From contig JBDRFJ010000242.1 of NCBI GenBank assembly GCA_043818915.1, forward strand, positions 1,810 to 65,809: a stretch of 64,000 nt of DNA. Reading direction: 5' to 3'. Below, one piece after another: positions 50,450 to 63,402 of this stretch. The stretch's first letter is position 1. Every line of letters starts with the position of its first letter. This DNA comes from Pseudomonadota bacterium (GTDB lineage: Bacteria > Desulfobacterota > Desulfobacteria > Desulfobacterales > C00003106). The position numbers were made by a program, and so were the translations under genes. The notes below the pieces were generated by a model. The model was given only the letters and a program-made list of their open reading frames with translations. It had not been told where the DNA came from and did not search any database.

Positions 50450-50739
50450 CTTTGTTTCACGAATTAACCGACTACGAGAAGAACTTCTTGCGTAGTCATC
50501 TCAGCCTGGAGATTCCCTTTACAAAAATGATTTTAAATAGTATTATGTAATACACAAACAGATCGGCACGTCTTTTTTTCAAGCAACTTTTGTTAAAATC
50601 CAAACACCTTCTCTATAATATAGTAGAACTTAGTCCGGGGTTAAAGTTTATTTTAAAATCTGTATTAAACGTCTAATCAAATGTGTATGCTCCCAGTTTA
50701 TAGAAGAATGAAAGACGAGTTGTATTTAAGGAGATACCA

Positions 50740-51189
50740 ATGGAATACATAAAAATTCGCTTTGGGAAAAATTTGGGACAGATGCACAGTCGTATTCAAA
50801 AAACTATAGATGACATGTTTCAACGTGTCAACCCCCTCCTTGCAGTTCTCCCCGGGGAGGTCTGGCGTCCTCAGATGGATATCTTTGAAACAGAAGATGC
50901 AATTGTGATTGTCTGCGAGGCATCAGGGGTAAAAAAGGAAAATCTTGTTGTAGAAATAGATTCCGGCGCAGTTAAAATATCCGGCAAAAGGGAAGAACCC
51001 CGTAGACCCGAAGTTCTAAAATATCATTTAGCTGAAATCCCTTACGGCGGCTTTGAACGGATTTTAATGCTTCCGGTTCCAATCGACGTAAACGAAGTTA
51101 CAGCATCCTATAACGACGGAATCTTAAATATTAAAATGACCAAACGTGCCCCTGACAAGGTCCACCAAATTCCAATCGAGGAGGTTTGA
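50740..51189 (+). CDS. Hsp20 small heat shock protein
   Basis: WRPQMDIFET, EIPYG.FER, ASYNDGIL; upstream of lon. Confidence 0.92.
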   Translation: MEYIKIRFGKNLGQMHSRIQKTIDDMFQRVNPLLAVLPGEVWRPQMDIFETEDAIVIVCEASGVKKENLVVEIDSGAVKISGKREEPRRPEVLKYHLAEIPYGGFERILMLPVPIDVNEVTASYNDGILNIKMTKRAPDKVHQIPIEEV

Positions 51190-51301
51190 GAGTACTTTTG
51201 CAAGAATCCGAGACCCAGGTGTTTGATGCGTCTATTTATTTGTGGCATCCTTTTGAAGCGAACAATCCGCGTTACCTTAATCATGTTGGGAGAAACGAAT
51301 C

Positions 51302-53668
51302 ATGAATGAAAATGAAAAACAACCTGAAAGCAGTCCTCTGAGTGGTACTGATTCAACCAAGCTCCCTGAAGTCCTACCAATACTGCCCGTTCTTGACATG
51401 ACCCTCTTCCCGCGAATGGTGCTACCCCTGCTGGTCTGGCAGGAGGAATCTAAACATTTGGTCGATGACGCAATGGGCAAAGATCGTATAGTCGGCCTGG
51501 TAGTCTCAAAAAAGAAGGAAGCGGCCGGCGCTCACGAAGCAGAGGACCTGTACAGCATCGGGACGGCCGCTATGATCCTGAGAATGGCCCAGTCGGATGA
51601 AAAAGGAATTCAGATACTGGTGCAGGGCTTGAGCCGGTTCAAGATCATAGAATATGTTGAAAAGAAGCCGTATCTTAGCGCCAGGATTGAGCCTCTAACC
51701 GATACGGTGATCAAAGATCTTGAGGTGGATGCGCTCATGAACAATCTGGTGGGGTTGTTTAAAAATGTATTGGAGCTTTCCCCTTATCTCCCAAAGGAGT
51801 TGGGAGCGCTTGTCAAGTCAATCGAGGAACCGGGTATATTAGCAGACCTGATCGCATCCAGTCTTAATCTGTCCAAGGAAGAAAAGCAATCGATCCTGGA
51901 AACCATCGACGTCAAAAAACGGCTAACAAAAGTAAACAATTTCATCAACCGAGAGCTTCAAATATTAAAGCTTGGGCAAAAGATCCAATCTCAGGTAAAG
52001 CAGGACATTGATAAGAGTCAGCGGGAATATTATCTTCGCCAACAACTCAAAACAATCAAGGAAGAACTGGGTGAAAAGGACGAAAGATCGGTAGAAGTGG
52101 ACGAATACCGTACAAAAATCGAAGAAAAGGGGCTGCCGGAAGAGGCAAAAAAAGAGGCGGATCGTGAACTGACTCGATTAGCCCGGATGCATCCTTCTTC
52201 CTCTGAATATACTGTGGCTGCAACATATCTTGACTGGCTTACCGCGCTTCCTTGGAATGAAAGCACAAAGGACAATCTTGATGTTAAGAAGGCGCAGAAA
52301 GTTTTGGACGACGACCACTACGGATTGGGAAAAGTTAAGAAGCGGATTTTAGAATACCTTGCCGTGCGCAAGCTGAAATCCGACACAAAAGGGCCCATAC
52401 TCTGTTTCGTGGGGCCTCCCGGAACAGGCAAAACCTCTTTGGGCCGTTCCATCGCGCGGGCCTTGGGCCGAAAATTCCACCGGATATCGTTAGGAGGCGT
52501 AAGAGATGAAGCGGAAATAAGGGGGCACCGCCGCACATACGTCGGCGCACTTCCAGGACGTATTATCCAGGGAATTCGCAGGGCCGGCTCTAATAACCCT
52601 TTATTTATGCTGGATGAAATCGACAAGGTCGGAGCGGACTTCCGCGGAGATCCGTCGGCTGCCCTTTTGGAAGTCCTTGATCCTGAACAGAACTTTTCTT
52701 TTTCCGACCATTACCTTGACGTCGCCTTTGATCTATCCAAGGTGATGTTTATCACCACTGCTAATATACTCGACACTATCCCGCCCGCGTTAAAGGATCG
52801 TATGGAGGTCCTGGAACTCCTCGGATATACTGACGAAGAAAAGGTAAAGATTGCAAAGCGATTTCTAATACCGCGACAACTGGAAGCCCATGGGCTCACC
52901 AATAAACATATTAAGTTCAGTACTCCGGCAATTAAGGCTCTTATATCAGGATACACTCGGGAAGCGGGGCTGAGAAATCTGGAACGGGAGATCGCAAGTA
53001 TATGCAGGGGCGTTGCACGCCAGGTGGCGGAAGGTAAAAAGGAACTAACCCATATCAAGGCAAATGATCCCCAAAAATTCCTGGGGCCTGTTCGCTTTTA
53101 CTCTGAGACAGGAATAAGAACTTCTACACCAGGCGTGGTTACAGGCCTGGCATGGACCCCGGCGGGCGGTGAACTTCTTTTCATAGAGGCGACCAAGATG
53201 AACGGGAAACAGGTGCTGACGCTGACCGGGCAACTCGGAGACGTAATGAAGGAATCGGCGACAGCAGCACTCAGCTACATCCGTAGCAATGCAAAGGCCC
53301 TGAAGATACCCGAGGATTTTTTTGCCAAACATGATATTCATATCCATGTGCCGGCAGGGGCCATTCCCAAGGACGGGCCTTCCGCCGGTGTGGCTATGCT
53401 CACCGCGCTCGTATCTATGCTGAAGCAAAAGCCGGTTATCAAAGATCTTGCCATGACAGGGGAGATTACCTTAAGGGGTCAAGTACTCCCGGTTGGCGGG
53501 GTTAAAGAGAAGGTGTTGGCAGCCCATCGAAGAGGAATAAAAACCCTCATCATACCAAAATGGAACAAAACGGATCTGGAAGATATTCCAAAAAATGTCC
53601 TCAAGAGTCTCCATTTTCATTTCGTAGATAAGATGGGTGAGGTGATCAAGACGGCGTTTGGGGACTGA
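51302..53668 (+). CDS. lon: ATP-dependent protease La
   Basis: [33 protein letters not shown]. Confidence 0.97.
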   Translation: MNENEKQPESSPLSGTDSTKLPEVLPILPVLDMTLFPRMVLPLLVWQEESKHLVDDAMGKDRIVGLVVSKKKEAAGAHEAEDLYSIGTAAMILRMAQSDEKGIQILVQGLSRFKIIEYVEKKPYLSARIEPLTDTVIKDLEVDALMNNLVGLFKNVLELSPYLPKELGALVKSIEEPGILADLIASSLNLSKEEKQSILETIDVKKRLTKVNNFINRELQILKLGQKIQSQVKQDIDKSQREYYLRQQLKTIKEELGEKDERSVEVDEYRTKIEEKGLPEEAKKEADRELTRLARMHPSSSEYTVAATYLDWLTALPWNESTKDNLDVKKAQKVLDDDHYGLGKVKKRILEYLAVRKLKSDTKGPILCFVGPPGTGKTSLGRSIARALGRKFHRISLGGVRDEAEIRGHRRTYVGALPGRIIQGIRRAGSNNPLFMLDEIDKVGADFRGDPSAALLEVLDPEQNFSFSDHYLDVAFDLSKVMFITTANILDTIPPALKDRMEVLELLGYTDEEKVKIAKRFLIPRQLEAHGLTNKHIKFSTPAIKALISGYTREAGLRNLEREIASICRGVARQVAEGKKELTHIKANDPQKFLGPVRFYSETGIRTSTPGVVTGLAWTPAGGELLFIEATKMNGKQVLTLTGQLGDVMKESATAALSYIRSNAKALKIPEDFFAKHDIHIHVPAGAIPKDGPSAGVAMLTALVSMLKQKPVIKDLAMTGEITLRGQVLPVGGVKEKVLAAHRRGIKTLIIPKWNKTDLEDIPKNVLKSLHFHFVDKMGEVIKTAFGD

Positions 53669-53669
53669 T

Positions 53670-54326
53670 TCATATCTCTTTTGTCTCCCCGGGCTTAAAC
53701 ACTTCGACCCGATAGCGGTCGCCAACCAGATCCAGGAATTTTGTTTCATCATCTAAAACCGGAAATGTGCCGAAATGCATGGGAATGACAACCCTGGGCC
53801 GTACTAATTCTACAGCCTTGGCCGCCTGCTTTGCGTCCATCGTATATACAGAGCCGATGGGACAGAAAAAGATGGTTGGGTGGTACAGCTCGGTTATCAG
53901 GGCCATGTCTCCGAACAGGCCGGTATCTCCGGTGTGATACAAGACTTCACTTCCAAAGGATATAATAAAACCACAGGGATTTGCTGTCCCGCTATGAAAT
54001 GCCTGCACAAAGGTTATTGGTATACTATTCACGGTAACCGTACCGCCGATATTCCCTCCCACAGTTTGGCTCACCCCTGCCTCTTGCGCACTTAGATGCA
54101 CCTCGTGCATGCCCACTATTGTTGCATTGTCCCGTTTTGCGATCCGGATCGCCTCATTTAGTCCATGATCCCCATGACTGTGGGTCACAAGAATAACATC
54201 TATTTTAGGGACACCCTCTATCCCGTAAGGGGCCTTGGGATTTCCTTCGAGAAAAGGATCGATCAAGACGCGGGTCTCTTTCGCCTCCAACATAAATCCC
54301 GAATGTCCAAGCCAAGTAATCTTCAC
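53670..54326 (-). CDS. Metallo-beta-lactamase-fold hydrolase (UPF0173-like)
   Basis: WLGHS, IDPF, THSHGDH, HTGDT, IPMHFGTF; GTG start after AAGGAGG. Confidence 0.9.
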   Translation of the reverse strand: MKITWLGHSGFMLEAKETRVLIDPFLEGNPKAPYGIEGVPKIDVILVTHSHGDHGLNEAIRIAKRDNATIVGMHEVHLSAQEAGVSQTVGGNIGGTVTVNSIPITFVQAFHSGTANPCGFIISFGSEVLYHTGDTGLFGDMALITELYHPTIFFCPIGSVYTMDAKQAAKAVELVRPRVVIPMHFGTFPVLDDETKFLDLVGDRYRVEVFKPGETKEI

Positions 54327-54484
54327 TTTGTCCTCCTTCGGTGCTCCAATTCGTAAACGAAAATCGAGCAATGGAGCCTCATCATTAAAATATATTACAT
54401 CAATACTATTTCTATATCAATGAGGCCTTTGAAAATTGCTATTTTTTGCTCAAGATCTGATTATTTACACCGATCACAAACATA

Positions 54485-56260
54485 ATGGCGGACAGGTTTG
54501 TTGGAGCGGACGTGAGCAACATCGGCAAGTATACGATTATAGAAAAAATAGATGCAGGGGGAATGGCTACGGTCTATAAGGGGCTACAGGTCTCCTTAAA
54601 TCGGCCTGTTGCCATTAAGGTCCTCTTTAAGAACCTGTCCGAAGAGCGTGAGCTTGTGGAACGCTTCAACCGGGAATCACTTATAATCGCCCGCCTTACC
54701 CACCCCAATATAATCCATGTTATCGACCGCGGAATAACTTCCCAGGGGATGCCTTATTTCGTAATGGATCTTGTGGAAGGAACCGATCTCGCTCGGATAA
54801 TCAAGATGAATGGCTACGGCACCAACCAAAAAATGGATGTAATTATCCAGGTGTGCAAAGCGCTCTCTTATGCTCACAAAAATGGAGTAATTCACAGGGA
54901 TATCAAACCGGCCAATATTTTAATCGATTCCGAGAAAAACGCGTTGGTGTCTGATTTTGGAATTGCTCAATTCTTCGACAAAGATGGTGGTGAAAAGCAA
55001 CTAACAAAGGCGGGCGCTATCATGGGGACCCCCACCTACATGTCTCCCGAACAGAAGATGTCTTCCAGGAGAGTAACAGTAGCAAGCGATCTCTATTCTC
55101 TTGGAGTTGTAATGTATGAATTGTTTACAGGCAAAAAGCCTCTTGGCCGCTTCAAGTCTCCCTCAGAGATCAATCCCACCATTCCGAAATCCATCGAAGA
55201 GGTGGTTCTCAAGTGTCTGGAGCCTGAGCCTGCAGACCGTTTTACAACTGCGGATGAAATAAAGGACCGCCTCTTGGAGGTGCTCCAGGGCGCACATATA
55301 CAAGATAGTCAAAAAAAAGAGGCCGTCAAGGGGATTGCGAAAATGGAGGACAGGTTCGATCTCCTTGATGTTATCACAGAACACCAGTACGGAGCGGTCT
55401 ATCTCTTTAGACACAAGGTTAACGGACAGTTAATGGTAGTCAAAAAGTACAAAGGCCCCGAAGGAGGGCTTAAAGAAGCAAAACTTCTAACAACGTTAAA
55501 GCACAAAAACATAGTCGACATATTTGGCGTATCCGGCAACAAAGGGCTCTTTATAATAGTTATGGAATATATCAGCGGGGGAAGTCTAAAAGAGAGACTG
55601 GTAAGGCCCCACTCATGGGTAGAAGTTTTGAAAGCAGCAAAAGATATATGTGAAGGGCTCTCTTTTGCACACAAGAACAGGGTTGTCCACGGAAACCTTC
55701 GTCCCAGCAATATTTTGATCTCAGCATCAGGCAAGGTAAAGATCACAGATTTCGGACTTAGTGAACACTATACCGCCAACACCAGTGAGACCAACTGGTA
55801 CAACTTTTATGGCAAGCCAAGGTCTAACCAAACTGATATCTTTTCTGCAGGGGTGATCTTTTATGAGATGCTCACCGGATTGCTACCGGTTTGGAAAGAA
55901 GATGGATTCGCTCCCCATCAGCACTTTAAATCCCTCCCTGCCGATTTTCAGGCTATGATTTCCAAGATGATCGCTCGTGACCCCGAAAATCGCTATGGGA
56001 GTTTTGACGAAGTGCTCGCTCTTATTAATCATATGCTTGCGGCCTATAACAGAAAACTCGCTCAGAAAGCGGATGCAAAAAAGAAACCCGCCCCTCACCA
56101 GAAAACAGAAAAACCGAAACCGAAGCGTTCTCTCCGAAGGACTTTTCTACTGCTCGCCTTACTCCTTACCACTGCTATAGCCTATATTGTATTTACCGAT
56201 AAAATCGACTATTATCTGGAACAACTGCAAACAATTATTACGTTCTGGAGCAGTTGGTAG
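54485..56260 (+). CDS. Ser/Thr protein kinase with a second degenerate kinase domain and C-terminal TM anchor
   Basis: Domain 1: GGMATVY, VAIK, HRDIKPAN, DFG, GTPTYMSPE; domain 2: HGNLRPSN, DFG, no APE. Confidence 0.9.
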   Translation: MADRFVGADVSNIGKYTIIEKIDAGGMATVYKGLQVSLNRPVAIKVLFKNLSEERELVERFNRESLIIARLTHPNIIHVIDRGITSQGMPYFVMDLVEGTDLARIIKMNGYGTNQKMDVIIQVCKALSYAHKNGVIHRDIKPANILIDSEKNALVSDFGIAQFFDKDGGEKQLTKAGAIMGTPTYMSPEQKMSSRRVTVASDLYSLGVVMYELFTGKKPLGRFKSPSEINPTIPKSIEEVVLKCLEPEPADRFTTADEIKDRLLEVLQGAHIQDSQKKEAVKGIAKMEDRFDLLDVITEHQYGAVYLFRHKVNGQLMVVKKYKGPEGGLKEAKLLTTLKHKNIVDIFGVSGNKGLFIIVMEYISGGSLKERLVRPHSWVEVLKAAKDICEGLSFAHKNRVVHGNLRPSNILISASGKVKITDFGLSEHYTANTSETNWYNFYGKPRSNQTDIFSAGVIFYEMLTGLLPVWKEDGFAPHQHFKSLPADFQAMISKMIARDPENRYGSFDEVLALINHMLAAYNRKLAQKADAKKKPAPHQKTEKPKPKRSLRRTFLLLALLLTTAIAYIVFTDKIDYYLEQLQTIITFWSSW

Positions 56261-56282
56261 GGTAGGGGACGCTCTTATCCTA

Positions 56283-56696
56283 TTAAATCGATTTTGGAGG
56301 TAATACCGTTTTTTGATCTGTATGCTCTGATTCAGAGGTGGGTCTTATATCATATCCATGATTCATAAGGACGTATTGAAGCTTTGCAAGGTTAATCTGT
56401 TCTTGATTGAATCGCAGTTCGAGCATTCCTTCTTTGGGATGAATCTGAAACTTCCGGACACCGATAATTTTTGAAAGGGTAGTTGCAAGGACACTCCAAT
56501 CGGTGTTCTCGGTTATCTCTTTTATCATGAGTTCCATGGTGGTGACCCTGTCTTCATCTCCGAGCCTCCCATAGCGTGGCCACCTTATAGTATCTATGAG
56601 GTGCGGGTGTTTTAGCGAATTAAGGTTCGTTGGTTCTGGTTTTCTATACTTCAAGGTGTCGGCAATTCCTTGATCTTTTTTCGCTTTTTCAAACAT
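56283..56696 (-). CDS. Hypothetical protein with HMA-like C-terminal fold lacking CxxC (true start may be ATG 56537)
   Basis: MELMIK...LSKIIGV...LELRFN.EQINL.KL...L..HGY pattern. Confidence 0.55.
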   Translation of the reverse strand: MFEKAKKDQGIADTLKYRKPEPTNLNSLKHPHLIDTIRWPRYGRLGDEDRVTTMELMIKEITENTDWSVLATTLSKIIGVRKFQIHPKEGMLELRFNQEQINLAKLQYVLMNHGYDIRPTSESEHTDQKTVLPPKSI

Positions 56697-57022
56697 ATGA
56701 TCTTCTTAGTAAGTGCTTGGCAATAAGTTATCAACCAATTACTTGCCTGACAAAAAAATGTCGCGTTTTGCGAAGGCCTTACACTGTTGTTTTGTATGTT
56801 AAAACCTACAATAACTCGGTTGTGGGGAAACCGTAAACCGCTGAGAAAAATGTTTTTATATTACAATAAGTAGCATGTCAGCCATACAGATTTTTGTCTG
56901 TATGGTAAATACTACATTAGCGCTGCTGCAGAACCAACACCTGTTCCTTGTTGCAACAAGGCCCGCGCGCAAGGCTGGCCAGATATGAAGATGTCTTAAT
57001 AAGGAACTAATTTATAAGAAAA

Positions 57023-57037
57023 GCAAAAAAAATGCCA
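57023..57037 (-). promoter_or_regulatory. Candidate sigma54 promoter
   Basis: Minus strand TGGCATTTTTTTTGC, GG-N10-GC spacing. Confidence 0.5.
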
Positions 57038-57160
57038 ATATGCGGAACAATCAAATGAGACAATCACCAGCCCACGAATGAAGGGATGGACCACATCCCT
57101 CATTCGAAACCTTTATCCATTCGTAGACTCGGTGAGTTAAGGAACTGAACAATATGGGGC

Positions 57161-58635
<1,475 letters not shown>

Positions 58636-58699
58636 TTATATTATCCTGACAATCTGTGTTCATCCGTGTCCAAAATGCAATTTCCCTTACTATGAACTA

Positions 58700-59578
58700 T
58701 CAGCTATGAGCTACCTTGTATTCCTTTAGTGCTTCAACAAGTCGATACGGTATTCTCAAATTTCCCTTTCCCACTCCCATGTGTACTCCCGCTTTCCTTG
58801 CGCCATGAAAATCAGTCCCGCCTGTAATAAGAAGGCTATGCTTTTGCGCTATACGCTCGTAGAGAACAGTCTGGATGTCCGTATGTTCGGAATAATATAC
58901 CTCAATCCCTTTCAGGCCATTTGATACAAGCTCTGAGACAATCTTGTCAAGATCTCTCTCCGAGATGCTCTTTATGGTAAAGGGGTGGGCCAGCACGGGA
59001 ATGCCTCCGGCATCGGCAATCGAGCTTATCGCCTCAGCAGGCTGAAGGCGATATTTGTCTACGTAGGCCGGGCCATTTGTCCCGAGATACTTCTGGAACG
59101 CCTCATTTATTGATCCGACAACTTTCTTCTGAAGGAGAACTTCGGCAATATGAGGCCGCCCAACTTCCCCTCCACCAGCGACCTCTGCCACTTCTTCGTA
59201 AGTCAATTCTATACCGAGCTGTTGCAATTTGTGTATTATTTTGGGATTTCGCTCCTTACGGGCGTTTTGAAGTATGGAAAGCGTCCTGGACAAGGCTGGA
59301 TCTTGCAAGTCGATCAGATATCCGAGTATATGAAGCGTATTACCTTGTAATGAGGTGCTGATTTCAACTCCAGAGAGGAGTTCAACATCTTGAGGTGTTA
59401 AATGGCGGTGAGCCTCGATAGTTCCATTGATGGTATCGTGGTCAGTAATGGAAATGGCCCGAAGATCACGATCCCGGGCCATTTTGAGTATCTGTTCAGG
59501 AGATAGTGTTCCATCGGATGCTGTTGAGTGGATGTGCAGATCAACCCATTCATCATCGTTGGAACCAGCTTTTTTCAT
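58700..59578 (-). CDS. PHP-domain phosphoesterase (TrpH/YciV-like)
   Basis: DLHIHSTASDG, ITDHD, GVEIS, GRPHIA, LAHP, GGTDFHG. Confidence 0.92.
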   Translation of the reverse strand: MKKAGSNDDEWVDLHIHSTASDGTLSPEQILKMARDRDLRAISITDHDTINGTIEAHRHLTPQDVELLSGVEISTSLQGNTLHILGYLIDLQDPALSRTLSILQNARKERNPKIIHKLQQLGIELTYEEVAEVAGGGEVGRPHIAEVLLQKKVVGSINEAFQKYLGTNGPAYVDKYRLQPAEAISSIADAGGIPVLAHPFTIKSISERDLDKIVSELVSNGLKGIEVYYSEHTDIQTVLYERIAQKHSLLITGGTDFHGARKAGVHMGVGKGNLRIPYRLVEALKEYKVAHS

Positions 59579-59937
59579 ACTCCCTGGGCCTTTTCGCGAG
59601 CCTCTTCTTGTGTTTTGCATTCTATGCACAATGTGGTGACGGGCCTGGCCTTTAAACGTTTAGCAGAGATCTCTTCACCACATCTTTCACAGATTCCAAA
59701 GGTGCCAGCTTCGATCCGCTCCAACGCCTTCTTGATCTTTGCGATCAGCTTTCGTTCTCTGTCCCGTATGCGAAGAATAAAATTTCTGTCGGATTCGAGT
59801 GATGCTCGATCCGTTGGATCCGGAAAGTTTTCTTTTTGTCCCGTCATTCCGCTTACTGTTTTGGTGGCTTCGCCCAGAAGGCCTTCCAATTGATCTGTTA
59901 AAGATTTTTTGAAGTATTCCAAGTCCTTTTCATCCAT
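59575..59937 (-). CDS. dksA: RNA polymerase-binding factor DksA
   Basis: DPTDRA, RDRERKLI.KI, CERC...CIEC. Confidence 0.95.
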   Translation of the reverse strand: MDEKDLEYFKKSLTDQLEGLLGEATKTVSGMTGQKENFPDPTDRASLESDRNFILRIRDRERKLIAKIKKALERIEAGTFGICERCGEEISAKRLKARPVTTLCIECKTQEEAREKAQGV

Positions 59938-60041
59938 AATGACACCTGTATTTTTTGTTTACAATATTTATGTTTACAATAAACATAAATATTTAACACA
60001 ATCAAAATATACTGTAAAGAATAAAAATTAGGATAAACCTG

Positions 60042-61142
60042 TTATTGTTTTCCACTAAAAAGCTTCTTAAGCTTTCTCGAAAATTTTTTCGATTCCAGTT
60101 GAACAAATTCTTTTAATAGAGATTCCTGTTTTTTGCTCAGGTTGGTTGGTGTTTTCATCCGTAACCTTATAAACTGATCTCCTTTTCCGTAACCTCGCAG
60201 CGAAGGAATTCCCAATCCTTCAAACCTGAACACTTCATCAGCCTGCGTCCCTTTCGGAATTTCAAGGGTTCGTTGCCCCGAAAGTGTGGGAACTTCCACT
60301 GTAGTGCCAATGGCTGCATCCACAAAGGATATAGGGATTTCGCAAATGATATCTGTCCCCTCCCGCCTGAAAAAATCATGTGGCCTTACATGTATCACAA
60401 CATAAAGATCTCCGGGAGGACCGCCCTTCAGACCGCTTTCCCCCTCTTCTGTTAGGCGAAGCCTCGACCCCGTGTCGACCCCGGCCGGTATCTTGACGAT
60501 CACCGCTTTCTTATTTAACACCCGGCCGGTACCGCGACAAGCATGGCAGGGGTGGGGGATAGACCGGCCTTCGCCCCGACAATTCGGACAGGTAGCCCTG
60601 ATACTGAAAAATCCTTGGGAACGTGTAATCTGCCCTGCGCCTTGACATACGGAACAGGTTTCATAAGATGTCCCCGGGTCACAGCCGGTGCCGTTACATG
60701 TATGGCACTTTTCTTGCTTTGCAACTGTGATTTCGGTCTCAATGCCAAAGGCTGCATCCAAAAAATCAATCTCGAGATCGTATCGAAGGTCCGCTCCACG
60801 ACGGACCGAGGTCCTGGAAGCCCCCCCAATTCCAAATCCAAAAAAATCCTCAAATATGTCCCCAAAACTGCTGAATATATCCTCAAAACCGCTGAAGCCG
60901 CTGAAACCCGTCCCGTTAAGTCCCTCATGACCATAACGATCATATATACCGCGTTTTTCCGAATCCCTAAGCACCTCATACGCCTCCGCGGCCTCTTTAA
61001 ACCTTTCTTCCGCTTCCTTGTCCCCGGGGTTACGATCCGGATGGTAGTTCATAGCCATTTTGCGGTATTGGGACTTTAAGGTTGCCTCGTCGGCATCTCT
61101 ATCTACGCCGAGTATTTCATAATAGTCTCTTTTAGTAGTCAT
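60042..61142 (-). CDS. dnaJ: Chaperone DnaJ
   Basis: HPD J-domain, G/F region, four CxxCxGxG repeats. Confidence 0.97.
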   Translation of the reverse strand: MTTKRDYYEILGVDRDADEATLKSQYRKMAMNYHPDRNPGDKEAEERFKEAAEAYEVLRDSEKRGIYDRYGHEGLNGTGFSGFSGFEDIFSSFGDIFEDFFGFGIGGASRTSVRRGADLRYDLEIDFLDAAFGIETEITVAKQEKCHTCNGTGCDPGTSYETCSVCQGAGQITRSQGFFSIRATCPNCRGEGRSIPHPCHACRGTGRVLNKKAVIVKIPAGVDTGSRLRLTEEGESGLKGGPPGDLYVVIHVRPHDFFRREGTDIICEIPISFVDAAIGTTVEVPTLSGQRTLEIPKGTQADEVFRFEGLGIPSLRGYGKGDQFIRLRMKTPTNLSKKQESLLKEFVQLESKKFSRKLKKLFSGKQ

Positions 61143-61189
61143 CGGTCTATACTGTTTCCTTTATTTTTTATTTTGACCCTGTGTTCATA

Positions 61190-61280
61190 CGAGAGCTTTG
61201 CACAACGCGACAGTTTTTCGTCAGACAAGAAAGGCAATCCCGCCAAGGCGGGATTAACCGGAGGAATACATTGGGTATAA
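61190..61280. repeat. Probable truncated MITE with REP-like palindrome
   Basis: AATCCCGCCAAGGCGGGATT (61236-61255) in a context resembling the interior of the 47250 MITE. Confidence 0.5.
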
Positions 61281-61282
61281 TG

Positions 61283-61837
61283 TCAGTATTCACGCTGAGA
61301 CACAAGGTTGCTTTTAGTGAGTTCATTAATAGACTTATGTACAATATTTTTTAGCCATGAATGAACCATGAGGATACGAGGTTCCTGGTCTATACGTACA
61401 TATAAAAAATTACCAGTAGGGCTCTTGGAACCTAACTGAATCGTTCGTTCTTTACCCAAGTTTTTTCCTTTCATAGCAATAAATATTGCTGGTTGTGCGA
61501 GACCAAAATCAGCCGACTTCCCTTCCTCAAGCGTTAATTCGCGCATCCAGCGTTCCGACACAAGTGCATTTATTATCGATTCAATGTCAGCCTTGTTCCC
61601 TTTAGCTCTAACCGGCTCTATTATAAACCAATCTTCTTGTTTTTTTTTAAATATGAGGGTTATCTTAGAATTTTTTATACGCAAACCTTCTACATCTTCA
61701 GCTTTAAATTTAAAAAGTTTTTTTGATTTGTCGAGCGTTTCCTTCTTTTTTTCCGTCCACTTGATCTCATAAAAATAGTAAAATGCACTTAACAGGGCAA
61801 ATATAAAGGTAAAAAATACCAACCTCTTTTGTATCAT
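61283..61837 (-). CDS. DUF4340-like membrane-anchored protein
   Basis: N-terminal TM, W.I.EP, FGL..P, LG..SP.G...YV; follows the GldG-like gene. Confidence 0.8.
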   Translation of the reverse strand: MIQKRLVFFTFIFALLSAFYYFYEIKWTEKKKETLDKSKKLFKFKAEDVEGLRIKNSKITLIFKKKQEDWFIIEPVRAKGNKADIESIINALVSERWMRELTLEEGKSADFGLAQPAIFIAMKGKNLGKERTIQLGSKSPTGNFLYVRIDQEPRILMVHSWLKNIVHKSINELTKSNLVSQREY

Positions 61838-63402
61838 TTTATGACCTTGCGCCTGTAATGGAGAACGACAACTCCTACAAGTAATATTGTAGCAGGCAAA
61901 AGAACCGCGGAAAGCCAGAAAATATTTTTCCCTTCCATGGATGAAAGGAGCACTGGAGCAGACTTCTTAGATCTGGGACGAATTGTTATCAGGTTCTCTT
62001 CTCTTGAAAGCCAGCCGACTGTGTTCATAAAAAGATCCCGATTCCCGGAAAGATTCAGGTAGCCGTTTGAAGCAAAGTCTGAATCTCCAAAAACAACAAT
62101 AGATGATGTCTTTGCCATATCATATTTTTTATTATTAGTCTTTTCTTCTGTCTCGGATTCAACCTCACAAACAACAGCGATTGAGACAGAGCCTTTTATA
62201 TCCTTTTTCGGATCAAAAGAGACCCTGCCTTGGTTGAGTCCGTCAAAATCACTTTCTGTCCAACTCTGTTCGCCTGTAAAAGCGAGTTCGGTCACATGAT
62301 TTTGTTTATCATCAAAGGAGGTGATCGACCGTACAAGAGGGAAAAAAGATGCTGTCTTTAAATCTTGCGTGATCGGATGATCTGCATATTTTGATACGAT
62401 TGGCGTGAGACAATCCGCCCCCAAGACATTGCTCAACTTATCTATTATGATATCATTTCCCACCTTAACCCCATATGGCTTTAGAAACCGGGGCAATCCT
62501 GTTCTTGTTTCCGGATCAATAAGAACGATTATGTTTCCCGCCCCTTGTATAAACTCATTGAGCATTCTTTCCTCTTCCGCAAGAATCTCAGCATCAGGAC
62601 CGGCGATTACAATAATCCCCGCATCTTTGGGAACTTGTCTGGATCGCATAAGGAGTAGATTATTTACATGGTAATTTTGTGCCTCTATTTCCTCCCTTAC
62701 AGCGCTGTATCCCTCTCTTGAAATATCTTCTATAGATCTTTCTCCATGCCCTGTAAGAAAGTATATTGTCTTTTTCTGCTCCCGCATTACCCGTAAAATA
62801 GCATTGGTCAAATGTTCTTCAGATATATCATTAACCTTCTCATCTCTGTCATTGCTTTCTATCACGAATGTTTCATAATTTGTAATTTTAAAATGTTTTG
62901 CTTTTCCAGGAAAACGGTCGGGGTCGACCAATTCAAAGGCAAAAAGTTTACAGTGGTAGGCATATTGGCCAAGAAGATCTTTGGCCTTTTCCCATCCAGC
63001 TGAGGTTTCCTGCAAGAATGCGGTTACGTGGACGGGACATTCTATTTTTTTCAATATGTTTATACTCTGTTCGGCGAGGGTGTATCGTTTGTTTGACGTA
63101 AGATCAAAACGTTTGTAATGTTTAGCCGAAAAGGCTTCCACAAGGACCAGGATTCCAAACAGGAGTAATACCATGAGGATAGCATTTGTCCTGTACCGGG
63201 TAGACCGTTTCAGGAAATAGCTTCGAATCATTCCAAAGTTGCCTATCATACAAGCAATAATACAAGATGCGCCGACCAGCCATCCGATCCATAGCCGGCT
63301 CAAGGCGAAGCTCATAGTATATGCCAAGGCAGAGGCTATCCACAGTAAAAGCCCCACGTATCCAAATGTATCAAACAGGTTTTTTCGACTCATCTTTGCC
63401 AA
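61834..63402 (-). CDS. GldG-like ABC transporter auxiliary component
   Basis: DLT.NKRYTL, IYFLTGHGE, VFGDSDF, N.DLFMN...WL, C-terminal TM. Confidence 0.88.
   Translation of the reverse strand: MAKMSRKNLFDTFGYVGLLLWIASALAYTMSFALSRLWIGWLVGASCIIACMIGNFGMIRSYFLKRSTRYRTNAILMVLLLFGILVLVEAFSAKHYKRFDLTSNKRYTLAEQSINILKKIECPVHVTAFLQETSAGWEKAKDLLGQYAYHCKLFAFELVDPDRFPGKAKHFKITNYETFVIESNDRDEKVNDISEEHLTNAILRVMREQKKTIYFLTGHGERSIEDISREGYSAVREEIEAQNYHVNNLLLMRSRQVPKDAGIIVIAGPDAEILAEEERMLNEFIQGAGNIIVLIDPETRTGLPRFLKPYGVKVGNDIIIDKLSNVLGADCLTPIVSKYADHPITQDLKTASFFPLVRSITSFDDKQNHVTELAFTGEQSWTESDFDGLNQGRVSFDPKKDIKGSVSIAVVCEVESETEEKTNNKKYDMAKTSSIVVFGDSDFASNGYLNLSGNRDLFMNTVGWLSREENLITIRPRSKKSAPVLLSSMEGKNIFWLSAVLLPATILLVGVVVLHYRRKVIK

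Noticed and set aside
50450-50739. CIRCE heat-shock operator before hsp20-lon (also checked before dnaJ)
   Set aside because: No TTAGCACTC-N9-GAGTGCTAA match was seen.
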